Part shown: one piece after another, positions 8,256 through 17,795 of the stretch | How positions within the stretch are numbered: the first letter of the stretch is position 1 | Layout: every line of letters begins with the position of its first letter | DNA from: an uncultured Alphaproteobacteria bacterium | GTDB lineage: Bacteria; Pseudomonadota; Alphaproteobacteria; RF32; CAG-239 | Direction of reading: 5' to 3' | Assembly (NCBI GenBank): GCA_910587405.1 | Contig: CAJUKS010000001.1 | Span: 197,325 to 261,324, forward strand | Length of the DNA: 64,000 nt | Made by a program: the position numbers and the translations under genes | Notes under the pieces: model-generated | What the model was told of the DNA's origin: nothing | Databases searched by the model: none | The model's input: the letters and a program-made list of their open reading frames with translations, nothing else

Positions 8256-10892
8256 TCAGATGATTCGACGCAGCGCGTCCATTGCTTCGTTCAGGCGGCC
8301 GGTTTCGGCGCCGCCGGTCTGAGCCATGTCGGGACGGCCGCCGCCACCGTTGGCGCCGATAAACGGTGCCACTTCCTTGATCAGGCTGACGGCCGAATAT
8401 TGAGCGGTTAGGTCGTCGGTGACGCCGATAACGGCCGAAACTTTGCCGTCATTGCAGCTGAAAAGGGCAATAATGCCGCTTTTGATCTGTTCCTTGATCT
8501 CGTCGACGAACGCTTTCAATTCTTTGGCCTGAACATTGTCGATTTGTTTGGCGACAAATTTGATTCCGTTGATGGTTTCAATTTTGTCCTGATTGTCGGC
8601 GGTTTTGTGGCTGACAAATTGTTTTTTGATATTAAGAATTTGGGTTTCCAGTCTTTTTTTGTCTTCCAGCAGCAAATTGATGCGAGCCTCAAGGTCATGA
8701 GGGTTGGTTTTCAATATTTGGCTGATATGATGCAGTTTGTCCTCAATATCCTGTGCATATTGTTCGGCAGCGTGTCCGGTGACAAACTCAACCCGTCGGA
8801 TGCCGGCGGCAACGGCACTTTCGCTGACAATGTTAAAATAGCCGATGTCTCCGGTCGAGTTGACGTGGGTGCCGCCGCAGAGTTCACGCGAGAAGGTCTC
8901 TCGGTCGTTTTCCATGCTGACGACCCGGACCGTTTCGCCGTATTTTTCGCCGAACAGAGCCATCGCGCCGCATTTGATGGCTTCGTCCGGAGTCATGATG
9001 CGGGTTACGGTCTTATAGTTTTTGCGAACGGCAGCATTGACGATGTCTTCGGCACGGCGCACTTCCTCGGCGGTGATTTGTTTGGGATGCGAGATGTCAA
9101 AACGTGCCCGGCCGGCGCAGACGTAAGATCCTTTCTGGGTGACATGATCTCCCAAAATGTCGCGCAAAGCCCGATGGAGCAGGTGGGTTACCGAATGGTT
9201 GGCGCGGATCCGTGCCCGGTTGTCGCAATCAACTTCAAAACTTGCAATATCGCCGGTTTTTACGGTTCCTTCAATCATTTTGCAGCTGTGAACAATCATG
9301 CCGTCGATTTTCTTTTTGGCGTCAGTCACTTCAATGGTGAAACCGTTGCCTTTGATCAGTCCGATATCGCCGACCTGACCGCCGGATTCACCGTAAAAGG
9401 TGGATTGGTTGGCAATCAGATAAAATTCGCCGTTGTCAACTTGTTCAACCTGTTGTCCGTTTTGGACCAGTGCCGTTACCTGTCCGTCAGCTTTAAGGGC
9501 GCTGTAACCGAGAAATTCGGTTTTGCCGAACCGGTCGAACAGTTCAAACCAGATTTTTTCAATTCCTTCGTCACCGGAGCCGGCCCAGTTTTTGCGCGCT
9601 TCGTTGCGTTGTTGTTCCATTGCCTGATCAAAACCGTCGGTATCGACGGCAATGTTTTTGGCCTTGAGAGCGTCCTGAGTGAGGTCAAGCGGAAAACCGT
9701 ATGTATCGTAAAGCTTGAACGCGGTTTTGCCGGGCAGGGTATCGCCTTCTTTCAGACCGGCGGTTTCGTCGTCCAGCAAACGCAAGCCTTTTTCGAGGGT
9801 GCGGATGAATTTGCTTTCTTCGGTTTTCAGGGTTTCGGAGATCAAAGCCTCGGCACGATAAAGCTCGGGGTAGGTTTCGCCCATTTCCTTTTGTAATGAG
9901 GGCAACAGCTTGTACATCATCGGTTCCCGCACGCCCAGCAGGTGGACGTGGCGCATGGCGCGACGCATGATGCGGCGCAAAACATAACCGCGGCCTTCGT
10001 TGGAAGGCAGCACGCCGTCGGCAATCAAAAAGGCGGCCGAACGCAGATGGTCGGCGATGACGTTGTGAGAAGCCTTGAGCGGTCCTTCGGGATCGGAGTT
10101 GGCCAAATCGGCCACCGATTTGATCAGATTTTGAAACAGGTCGATGTCAAAGTTGGAGTGAACGCCCTGTAAAATGGCGGCAATACGTTCCAACCCCATG
10201 CCGGTGTCAATGGAGGGCTTTTTGAGATTGATCCGGCTGCCGTCGGGCAAGTCTTCGAACTGGTCAAACACCAGGTTCCAAATTTCGATGAAACGGTCGC
10301 CGTCTTCTTCCGGAGTGCCCGGCAGACCGCCCCAGACTTCGGGACCGTGGTCGTAAAAAATTTCGGAACACGGACCGCAGGGACCGGTGTCGCCCATTTG
10401 CCAGAAGTTGTCTTTGGTGGCAATGCGGATAATGCGGTCGTCGGACAGTCCGGAGATCTTTTTCCACAATTGATAAGCTTCTTCGTCATTATGGTAAATG
10501 GTTACCGCCAATTTTTCGGCCGGGATGTCAAAATGTTTGGTGAGCAGTTCCCATGCATAACAAATGGCACCTTCTTTAAAATAATCTCCGAACGAAAAGT
10601 TTCCGAGCATTTCAAAGAAAGTGTGGTGGCGGACGTCGTAGCCGACGCTGTCAAGGTCGTTGTGCTTGCCGCCGGCGCGTACGCTTTTTTGCGAGGATGC
10701 GGCACGGGTATAACTGCGGGTTTCGTTGCCGGCAAGGATATTTTTGAACTGTACCATACCCGAGTTGGTGAACATCAGGGTCGGATCGTTGTCGGGCACA
10801 AGCGGGGATGACGGGACAATTTTATGTCCGTTGTCGGCAAAATAGTTGAGAAAAGTGCTTCTAATCTGATTTACAGTCGTCGTCATAACCAA
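8256..10892 (-). CDS. alaS: Alanine--tRNA ligase
   Basis: 878 aa with the class II AlaRS catalytic core, HxxxH editing motifs and a C-terminal DHHA1-like GGGGRPDMAQ. Confidence 0.97.
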   Translation of the reverse strand: MVMTTTVNQIRSTFLNYFADNGHKIVPSSPLVPDNDPTLMFTNSGMVQFKNILAGNETRSYTRAASSQKSVRAGGKHNDLDSVGYDVRHHTFFEMLGNFSFGDYFKEGAICYAWELLTKHFDIPAEKLAVTIYHNDEEAYQLWKKISGLSDDRIIRIATKDNFWQMGDTGPCGPCSEIFYDHGPEVWGGLPGTPEEDGDRFIEIWNLVFDQFEDLPDGSRINLKKPSIDTGMGLERIAAILQGVHSNFDIDLFQNLIKSVADLANSDPEGPLKASHNVIADHLRSAAFLIADGVLPSNEGRGYVLRRIMRRAMRHVHLLGVREPMMYKLLPSLQKEMGETYPELYRAEALISETLKTEESKFIRTLEKGLRLLDDETAGLKEGDTLPGKTAFKLYDTYGFPLDLTQDALKAKNIAVDTDGFDQAMEQQRNEARKNWAGSGDEGIEKIWFELFDRFGKTEFLGYSALKADGQVTALVQNGQQVEQVDNGEFYLIANQSTFYGESGGQVGDIGLIKGNGFTIEVTDAKKKIDGMIVHSCKMIEGTVKTGDIASFEVDCDNRARIRANHSVTHLLHRALRDILGDHVTQKGSYVCAGRARFDISHPKQITAEEVRRAEDIVNAAVRKNYKTVTRIMTPDEAIKCGAMALFGEKYGETVRVVSMENDRETFSRELCGGTHVNSTGDIGYFNIVSESAVAAGIRRVEFVTGHAAEQYAQDIEDKLHHISQILKTNPHDLEARINLLLEDKKRLETQILNIKKQFVSHKTADNQDKIETINGIKFVAKQIDNVQAKELKAFVDEIKEQIKSGIIALFSCNDGKVSAVIGVTDDLTAQYSAVSLIKEVAPFIGANGGGGRPDMAQTGGAETGRLNEAMDALRRII

Positions 10893-10986
10893 TTTCTTTC
10901 CAATTACATTAAAAAGTGTCTTAAAAACTAACCCTAACTTTTAATGCAATCTTGTTTAACTGTCCATAGAAATTTAGCAGATTTTC

Positions 10987-11475
10987 CTAAAAAGTTACGG
11001 CAAATCCGTGGAGGTAGACAAACCCGGCGTTTAACCAGGTAGCAAACAGCAGCCATGCTTGATACGGAATCAGCAGCCACGCGGAAACCGGCGAAATTTG
11101 AAAGAACCAGTAAATGGTACGGAAAACAACGATGTCCAACACGATCAGAACAAGCAGCGCCAGAGCGATGTAACCGGTATAAAAGAAAGCAAAATTCCAC
11201 AAAATGTGCAAAAAAAGCTGATTGATAAAAAAATTGTTGGTACGGCTGATGCTTTCTCTCGAAGTTGTGGCCTTAAAAGCAAAGTAAAAGGCAAAGACCA
11301 TTGTCAGATAAATCAGTCCCCAGGCGATCGGAAACACCTGATCGGGCGGCGTTAATACGGGTTTTTCGAGCGTTTGGTACCAGCTGTTTACGCCCTCATA
11401 GTTAAAATAGGCACCGACAATAAGGGTGAGCAGAGTCATAAAAAAACAGTAGAGAAATTTGCGTAAATCAGCCAT
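10987..11475 (-). CDS. tspO: TspO/MBR tryptophan-rich sensory protein
   Basis: Five TM helices, Trp-rich, with a WNxxF-type C-terminus. A strong RBS (GGGAGG, 7-nt spacer) precedes the Met of MADLRK, so the start is set at 11475 rather than the track start. Confidence 0.75.
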   Translation of the reverse strand: MADLRKFLYCFFMTLLTLIVGAYFNYEGVNSWYQTLEKPVLTPPDQVFPIAWGLIYLTMVFAFYFAFKATTSRESISRTNNFFINQLFLHILWNFAFFYTGYIALALLVLIVLDIVVFRTIYWFFQISPVSAWLLIPYQAWLLFATWLNAGFVYLHGFAVTF

Positions 11476-11601
11476 TTTGATCCTCCCGTAACAGTTGATT
11501 GTCATATAAGCAATAAATGTAGATATTCAAGAAAAGCTGTTGCAAAAAAGTTGCGCGGGGTGTAAATAATAGGGCAAAAATATATTAAAGGAGCGGTTAA
11601 A

Positions 11602-12399
11602 TTGACAAGAAAAACCAAAGACGGAATTGTTGTTTACAATCCTGAGGATTTTGAAAAAATGCGTCGGGCCGGCAAGTTGGCGGCAGAAGTTTTGGATTAT
11701 ATCACGGATTATGTCACCGTCGGCGTAACCACCGGAGAACTTGACGATTTGTGCCGGAATTATATTGAGAACCACGGTGCCGTGCCGGCTTGTCTTAATT
11801 ATCACGGATATCCGAAATCCAGCTGCATTTCGATCAACCATGTTATTTGCCACGGCATTCCCGATGACCGCAAACTTGCCGACGGCGACATTTTGAACAT
11901 TGACGTGACAGTTATTCTGGACGGTTGGTTCGGCGATACCAGCCGGATGTATTATGCCGGAAAGCCCAAACTGAAAGCAACCCGTCTGTGCGACGTAACT
12001 TATGAATGCATGATGCGCGGGATTGAGGCGGTGCGTCCGGGTGCGCATTTCGGCGATATCGGCGCGGTGATTGAAGAATATGCCCACAAGTACGGCTATT
12101 CGGTGGTGGATATGTTCTGCGGACACGGTTTGGGACGGGTTTTTCATGACAGTCCCAACGTTATGCATTGCGGCCGCAAGGGAACCGGGCCGGTAATGGA
12201 AGAAGGAATGTTCTTCACAATTGAACCGATGATCAATATCGGCAAAAAAGACGGTTTTATTATGTCTAACGGCTGGACGGCGGTCACCCGGGACAAGTCG
12301 CTTTCTGCCCAGTTTGAACATTCTCTCGGCGTGACAAAAGACGGTTATGAAGTGTTTACTTATTCGCCGAAAGGTTTGGATAAACCTCCGTATAAATAA
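11602..12399 (+). CDS. map: Type I methionine aminopeptidase
   Basis: 265 aa with the conserved His, Asp and Glu metal ligands. TTG start with RBS AAGGAG. Confidence 0.93.
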   Translation: MTRKTKDGIVVYNPEDFEKMRRAGKLAAEVLDYITDYVTVGVTTGELDDLCRNYIENHGAVPACLNYHGYPKSSCISINHVICHGIPDDRKLADGDILNIDVTVILDGWFGDTSRMYYAGKPKLKATRLCDVTYECMMRGIEAVRPGAHFGDIGAVIEEYAHKYGYSVVDMFCGHGLGRVFHDSPNVMHCGRKGTGPVMEEGMFFTIEPMINIGKKDGFIMSNGWTAVTRDKSLSAQFEHSLGVTKDGYEVFTYSPKGLDKPPYK

Positions 12400-12407
12400 G
12401 GACTTTA

Positions 12408-13106
12408 ATGAAAGAAGAGACTCCCGACTACATTGGTCATCGGCAGCGCCTTAAAGAACGTTTTAAGCTTGGCGGCGGTCAGGATATGGCCGATTATGAA
12501 ATGCTGGAACTGCTGTTGACGTTGGCTATTCCGCGAAAGGACACCAAGCCGCTGGCTAAAGCTCTGGTCAAAGAATTCGGCGGTTTTGCCGAAGTTCTGT
12601 TTGCGCCCGACGACCGGTTGATGACTTTTAAAGATTTGAAAGAAAGTTCGGTGCTGGTGTTTAAGATTGTCCGGGAGTCTGCCTTGAGAATGTCTTGGCA
12701 AAAGTTAAGCGCCACCGAAGCGCCGGTTTTGACCAGTTTCGATTCGATTATGGAATATTGTCGAGCGGCATCGGGTTATAAGGAAAGAGAAGAGTTTCGC
12801 GTGATTTTTCTTAATGCCAAAAACCGGATTATCGGCGAAGAGGTGCAACAACGCGGGAGTGTCAACGCGGTTGCGATTCATCCCGGAGAGGTGATGCGTG
12901 CCGCGGTTTTAAAAGGGGCAACAGCCTTGATTTTGGTTCACAATCATCCCTCGGGCGATGTGACGCCGTCACGAGCGGATATTGAAGTGACGCGCAAGAT
13001 TGAGGGTGCATTGTCGGCAGTTGATATTCGTTTGATTGATCATTTTATTGTCAGTAAAAATTTGGTATATAGTTTTAACGATCACGGATTGTTGATGAAA
13101 CGTTAA
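12408..13106 (+). CDS. radC: RadC-like JAB/MPN domain protein
   Basis: HNHPSGDVTPSRADIEVTRKI JAMM motif with an N-terminal HhH-like region. Confidence 0.9.
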   Translation: MKEETPDYIGHRQRLKERFKLGGGQDMADYEMLELLLTLAIPRKDTKPLAKALVKEFGGFAEVLFAPDDRLMTFKDLKESSVLVFKIVRESALRMSWQKLSATEAPVLTSFDSIMEYCRAASGYKEREEFRVIFLNAKNRIIGEEVQQRGSVNAVAIHPGEVMRAAVLKGATALILVHNHPSGDVTPSRADIEVTRKIEGALSAVDIRLIDHFIVSKNLVYSFNDHGLLMKR

Positions 13107-13156
13107 AAAAATGTTGCAAAATATTTCTTTACGGGCTAATTATAAGAAAACCCCGA

Positions 13157-13192
13157 CGGGACATAGCTCAGCCTGCCAGTCGCGCTTGCTTT
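13157..13192 (+). pseudogene. tRNA-Pro 5' pseudo-copy (acceptor and D-arm, then anticodon-arm 5' strand), truncated at the anticodon loop
   Basis: cgggacatagctcagcctg is identical to 13354..13372 of the intact tRNA. After 6 divergent nt, gcgcttgctttggg matches 13377..13390. The copy then runs into the 75-bp repeat unit. Confidence 0.55.
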
Positions 13193-13260
13193 GGGCTGGA
13201 GGAAGAAAAAACTTCCGGCGGAAGTTTTTTCGACGACAGGTGAAGTTTTGTTAAATTTAC
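13182..13260 (+). repeat. Direct repeat unit copy 1 (partner at 13501..13580)
   Basis: gcgcttgctttgggctggaggaagaaaaaacttccggNggaagttttttcgacgacaggNgaagtNttgtta. The two copies share about 75 nt with 3 mismatches. The unit contains an internal hairpin (aaaaaacttccgg/ccggaagtttttt). Confidence 0.6.
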
Positions 13261-13353
13261 GGCAGACGAAAGTCGGCTGTAAATTTTAGAAAACGAACAG
13301 GGCGAGCAAAGCCAGGGGGGGAGAGGAATTATTATAAAGTATAAAATTAATAA

Positions 13354-13430
13354 CGGGACATAGCTCAGCCTGGTAGAGCGCTTGCTTTGGGAGCAAGATG
13401 CCGATGGTTCGAATCCGTCTGTCCCGACCA
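13354..13430 (+). tRNA. tRNA-Pro (anticodon TGG)
   Basis: Cloverleaf: acceptor CGGGACA/TGTCCCG, anticodon stem CTTGC/GCAAG with loop TTTGGGA, T-loop TTCGAAT, encoded CCA. Confidence 0.9.
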
Positions 13431-13432
13431 GT

Positions 13433-13461
13433 AAAAAGCCGCCTGCAAAGGCGGTTTTTAT
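13433..13461 (+). terminator. Rho-independent terminator after tRNA-Pro
   Basis: aaaaagccgcctgcaaaggcggttttta. Confidence 0.5.
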
Positions 13462-13500
13462 TTTGTGTAAGGCATCTTGCTTCCATTTAGCAAAGCGTTT

Positions 13501-13580
13501 GCGCTTGCTTTGGGCTGGAGGAAGAAAAAACTTCCGGTGGAAGTTTTTTCGACGACAGGCGAAGTCTTGTTATTTTGCAA
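13501..13580 (+). repeat. Direct repeat unit copy 2
   Basis: See 13182..13260. Confidence 0.6.
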
Positions 13581-13664
13581 ACGAGCGGGAGCGAAGTTGG
13601 CAAAAGTTACAAGACAAGTGACCGCAGCGCATTAGCGATTGCCCAGAGGGCAGAGCTTATAAGC

Positions 13665-13740
13665 AAGAGAAGATGCCGATGGTTCGAATCCGTCTGTCCC
13701 GACCAGTAAAAAGCCGCCTGCAAAGGCGGTTTTTATTTTT
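13665..13740 (+). pseudogene. tRNA-Pro 3' pseudo-half (anticodon-stem 3' strand through CCA) plus a duplicated terminator
   Basis: gcaag[agaag]atgccgatggttcgaatccgtctgtcccgacca followed by gtaaaaagccgcctgcaaaggcggtttttatttt, identical to 13386..13461 except for a 5-nt insertion. There is no matching 5' acceptor strand upstream. Confidence 0.6.
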
Positions 13741-13762
13741 GTGGTTTTTAGGTGTATCAAAA

Positions 13763-13782
13763 AAACGTTCATTTTTTTGATA
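13763..13782. repeat. Left arm of a perfect 20-bp inverted repeat (aaacgttcatttttttgata)
   Basis: The reverse complement occurs at 13887..13906. The arms bracket 104 bp, and the right arm ends 27 bp before the autotransporter start codon. The left arm also sits inside a local palindrome (13755..13782). Confidence 0.6.
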
Positions 13783-13886
13783 TAGATAAATGTAGTCACT
13801 TGTTTTTTTGAAAAAAACAAACAAAAGTTCCAATTTCCGAGCCTTTGCGGTTGATTTAAAAATAAAATTATTATAGATTGACCACG

Positions 13887-13906
13887 TATCAAAAAAATGA
13901 ACGTTT
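13887..13906. repeat. Right arm of the inverted repeat (tatcaaaaaaatgaacgttt)
   Basis: Exact reverse complement of 13763..13782. Confidence 0.6.
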
Positions 13907-13933
13907 AAATGCATTTAGATAAGGATTGCGTGA

Positions 13934-16900
13934 ATGAATAAGCATATTTCTTGGGCAATTGCATTAACGGCGACCACTTTTTTGAGTGCGCCGGCGATTG
14001 CCGCCTCTCTAACCCCGACTTTGGATAATTTGAAATCGGAGGCCGGAACTGTTTTACCAACCATTACGGAAACCTATAACCTGACCGAGCTGAGCGGTGA
14101 TTTGCCGGAAGGCGCGGTGAAAGTGGAAATCGGCGACAAAGATTACTACTTTACGCCGATCGGCGATGATGCCGGCTTGTTGACCACTTTGGCCGGAACT
14201 TCGGCGGGAATGCTGAAGGAAAGCGCCGATGGTTTTTTTGAACTTGACGGCGTCAAGTATGGTTTTAATGTTGCGTCGATACCGGACAGTTCGTTTTCAT
14301 ACAGCGAAGGATCGGAAGATGACTATAATTTTACCGTGCAGGAAGCAGATGCAGAAGGCAAGCTGACAACCAAATATTATAAAATATCCCTGCTTCAGGA
14401 TAAATTCTCAACCGCCGGAAACATTTCTTGGGAAAAAGTGTCGGCTAAAGAAGCGGATACGGTCCAAGTTGATCTTCCCAACGGCGAAACTCAGTATTTT
14501 AAATATACTTATACCGATGATCCCAACCGGACCAAATACACTTCCACACAAACAAAGCTCACCGGTGACGTTGATGCCGATTTCGTACGTATTAAAAGAG
14601 GATTTAGCAAGGGCGGCGGTATAGAGAATAAAAATACGATTGACAGCGTTTCCGGCAATTTTATATACGATTATGCTCCCAATGGTGCCGGTGCCATTTA
14701 TAATGCGGGAACAATCGGAGATGTTAATGGTAATTTTGTTGCTAACTATACTGGTTTGGCCAGAGCCGATCAACTGGGACATGGCGGAGCAATTTATAAT
14801 GATAAAAACGCAACCATGGGTAACATTACCGGCAATTTCATCGGCAATATTGCCGGTCAGGCGCCGGGCAGCGGACGCGGCGGTGCCGTTCACAATGACA
14901 GAACGGCGACAATCGGTAACGTTTCCGGTCGTTTTATCGGCAATTCTGCCATGGGAAGCGGCGGTGCTATCAATAATGAAGGAACTCTCGGTAATATAAC
15001 TGCCGATTTCCTTTCCAACTCCTCTTCTGCGGGCGGGGCTATTTATAATCCGGGTGTCATCGGCGATATTGTCGGAGACTTTATTGCCAACTCTACCAGC
15101 GGGACTATGGGCGGTGCCATTTACATTTATAACGGAGGCGCCGGTCGTGTAGGCACGGTCGGCAATATTACCGGCAATTTTATTGCCAACTCCGCCCAAA
15201 GGGAAGGCGGCGCTATTGCCAACGAGGGAATTATCGGCAAAATTGAAGGCGATTTTATCGGCAACAGCGGTGCTATTTATAACGGCGGCATGGGAACTAT
15301 TACGGAAATTGTCGGCAATTTCGTCAATAACTCGAGTAAAGAAGAAGGCGGGGCGATTAGAAATCATAATAAGGTTTTTAATATTACCGGTAACTTCATT
15401 GCCAACTCGGCTGAAAAAGACGGGGGGGCAATTTTTAGCGATATAAGTAAAACCGTCGGCGATATTGACGGGGACTTTATCGGTAACTCGGCCAAAGGAA
15501 ACGGCGGCGCAATCTATAATCAACGGAATGTGACCGTCGGAAAAATCAACGGCAGTTTTATTGACAACTCTGCTACAGTCGGCGGTGCGGTGTATACGCC
15601 GGTCAATATGACTTTTGCATCGGGTTCGGACGTCCATTTTATGTCGGGGAACTATGCCGAAGATGCAACCCGCGGGAAAGTTTACAATGCGGTGTATGGT
15701 TCGGGAACACCGGTGATCACCTTTGATACCACCGGCGGCGGCGCGTGGGCAATCAACGACAATATGGAAGGCGGTAATTATGTTTTCAAAGGTGACGATA
15801 CCGTTAACGCCGATACCGGTACCACGACGCAATATGTGGCGATCAACAACGATCTTGTCAATGCTGCCGATGTTCAGGTTGAAAATACCACTTTGCGTTT
15901 CGGCGCTTATGAGCACGACGACCAAACGGCCAAAAACTGGGACGGCAAGGGCGCGTTTGTTGCCTCGCTGAACGCTGACGGCACTGCCAACCGCGATGCT
16001 GATGCGGTGACCGTTTTGTCGTTGAACAACGCGGTGTTCGATCTTGCCAACGGCTATCTGGATGTAGTGAAACTGAAAGGTTATTCGGCAACCGACAGCT
16101 TTATGCATATCGACGTTGATCCCGACAATATGAAAGCCGACGAACTGCATGTTGCCGGTGATGTTGAAGGGGTGACCAAGCTGATCGTTCATGCTTCGTC
16201 CGATGCCGACATCCGCGGCAAAGGCGAGATTTTGTTTGCAGAATCGGAAAACGACACCACCGGTAACGAGGGTTCGTTTGTGGTCTCGCGCGTTTACAAG
16301 AGCCCGTATCTGTTTGACGTCAACTATACGCAACGGGCCGAGAACAGCAATCAGTGGGGCTTGACCATGAATAACGAAGAGAATCCGGACAAGTATGTTG
16401 AACCGGAAGAACCGGACGTTCCGGATGTCCCTGATGTTCCTGACGTTCCGACGCCATCGGTTGATTATCGTAAAGTGGCACCGGAGGTGATGGCTTATCA
16501 GGGACTGCCGGTAGCGGCGTTAGAGCAGACCAAAGGCATGATCGGCAACATCAGCCGCCAGGTTCAGGGACGTCGTTTCTACTGCCCGGGCTGCGGCTTC
16601 TATGACAGCTACTGGAACGGTCAGGCGTTCAATACCCTGTGGGCGAACGCGGTTTACCAAACTTCGGAAAACGAAGCGTTGGTCAATGTTGATGCCGACG
16701 TCTGGGGCATTGAAGCCGGCGGCGACCTGCAACATGATCTCAACAACAAGCTGGGTCTGTTCCTGTCTTACCGCAAGGGTAATTACGACATGAACGGCGA
16801 CGGCAAGCATCATTACTCGACCGTTGGATCTGAGATTGACATTGATTCGTATCTGGCCGGTTTGTATTACCGTTATGACCGTAACAACTGGTGGACTTTT

Positions 16901-17419
16901 GCCACCGTATACGGCGGCATTCAGAGAGTTGATCTGAAGACCAAAGACGGCATCAAGTCGGATACCGACGGTACCGAGTTCGGCGGCAGCGTTGAGTTGG
17001 GTTATGACTATGCGATCAACAAAACCCTGTACCTGACCCCGAGTGTCGGCGCCTTCTATACTCAGGTTGATTACGACGACGCCACCGACAGTGCCGGCAA
17101 GATTGCGAAGTACAACACCTTGCGTCAGTTGGAGTTGGAAGCTGGCGTTAAACTGACGAAGGCGTTTGTAATGGACGAAGGCTATGCCAACGTTTACGTC
17201 AAACCGAGTGTTGTACAAACCATTGCCGATGGCGACGAAGTTCGGATCACCGGTTTGGGCAAAGTCAGCACCTTGGATGACCAGACGCTGGGCCGGATTG
17301 AACTCGGCGGCCGCTACGGCTTCACCGAACAGTTGTCGGCCTACGGTTGGGCCAACCACACCTTCGGCGACGACTACAAAGCCTCGACCTTCGGTTTGGG
17401 TCTCAGCTACAGCTGGTAA
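13934..17419 (+). CDS. Autotransporter outer-membrane protein with Chlamydia Pmp-type passenger repeats (GGAI / FxxN)
   Basis: 1161 aa. The N-terminus has a signal peptide. The passenger carries about 15 reiterations of GNFI(A/G)NS...GGAIYN. A PEEPDVPDVPDVPDVP linker precedes a C-terminal beta-barrel translocator ending ...GLGLSYSW (terminal aromatic). A terminator lies at 17443..17475. Confidence 0.8.
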   Translation: MNKHISWAIALTATTFLSAPAIAASLTPTLDNLKSEAGTVLPTITETYNLTELSGDLPEGAVKVEIGDKDYYFTPIGDDAGLLTTLAGTSAGMLKESADGFFELDGVKYGFNVASIPDSSFSYSEGSEDDYNFTVQEADAEGKLTTKYYKISLLQDKFSTAGNISWEKVSAKEADTVQVDLPNGETQYFKYTYTDDPNRTKYTSTQTKLTGDVDADFVRIKRGFSKGGGIENKNTIDSVSGNFIYDYAPNGAGAIYNAGTIGDVNGNFVANYTGLARADQLGHGGAIYNDKNATMGNITGNFIGNIAGQAPGSGRGGAVHNDRTATIGNVSGRFIGNSAMGSGGAINNEGTLGNITADFLSNSSSAGGAIYNPGVIGDIVGDFIANSTSGTMGGAIYIYNGGAGRVGTVGNITGNFIANSAQREGGAIANEGIIGKIEGDFIGNSGAIYNGGMGTITEIVGNFVNNSSKEEGGAIRNHNKVFNITGNFIANSAEKDGGAIFSDISKTVGDIDGDFIGNSAKGNGGAIYNQRNVTVGKINGSFIDNSATVGGAVYTPVNMTFASGSDVHFMSGNYAEDATRGKVYNAVYGSGTPVITFDTTGGGAWAINDNMEGGNYVFKGDDTVNADTGTTTQYVAINNDLVNAADVQVENTTLRFGAYEHDDQTAKNWDGKGAFVASLNADGTANRDADAVTVLSLNNAVFDLANGYLDVVKLKGYSATDSFMHIDVDPDNMKADELHVAGDVEGVTKLIVHASSDADIRGKGEILFAESENDTTGNEGSFVVSRVYKSPYLFDVNYTQRAENSNQWGLTMNNEENPDKYVEPEEPDVPDVPDVPDVPTPSVDYRKVAPEVMAYQGLPVAALEQTKGMIGNISRQVQGRRFYCPGCGFYDSYWNGQAFNTLWANAVYQTSENEALVNVDADVWGIEAGGDLQHDLNNKLGLFLSYRKGNYDMNGDGKHHYSTVGSEIDIDSYLAGLYYRYDRNNWWTFATVYGGIQRVDLKTKDGIKSDTDGTEFGGSVELGYDYAINKTLYLTPSVGAFYTQVDYDDATDSAGKIAKYNTLRQLELEAGVKLTKAFVMDEGYANVYVKPSVVQTIADGDEVRITGLGKVSTLDDQTLGRIELGGRYGFTEQLSAYGWANHTFGDDYKASTFGLGLSYSW

Positions 17420-17442
17420 ACCGGACCAAACACAAGCACACA

Positions 17443-17475
17443 AAAAACACCCCCGAAAATCGGGGGTGTTTTTCT
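17443..17475 (+). terminator. Rho-independent terminator
   Basis: aaaaaacacccccgaaaatcgggggtgtttttc. Confidence 0.5.
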
Positions 17476-17795
17476 GTATTTAAAAAAATTAATACGAAAG
17501 ATCAATTAATAACAATAAATTTTAAAAAAATATTTTTGAGTACCGATGAATTCAGAAAATTGGGTCTTATATTAGCGAATGTTAACTTTAGCGGGGATAA
17601 TTTAATTGTTTCCATTAAAAGATGCAAAACTATCTTGCTGTAAGCAATAACAGGTTGTTGGCCGTTTTGTTTTTTGCATCCGTTGTATGAATTGCCGGCA
17701 AAGCAGGTAGAACATACGGGCAGCAGAAAGAATGCACAAACAAGTACAGTGCATATACAACCGGAAGAGTAAGGGACAAAATTTAAGAGGAAATC

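Noticed and set aside
8544-9896. 450-aa plus-strand ORF inside alaS
   Set aside because: Antisense to a highly conserved aminoacyl-tRNA synthetase, with no independent support.
16406-16445. (PDV)x4 coding repeat as a slipped-strand phase-variation tract
   Set aside because: The 9-nt units are imperfect at the nucleotide level (ccggatgtc / cctgatgtt / cctgacgtt), so they make a poor slippage substrate. More likely a flexible linker.
14408-17443. 641-aa and 307-aa minus-strand ORFs within the autotransporter gene
   Set aside because: Antisense artefacts of the Gly/Asn-rich repeat-coding region. The sense strand encodes a coherent signal peptide, passenger and beta-barrel.
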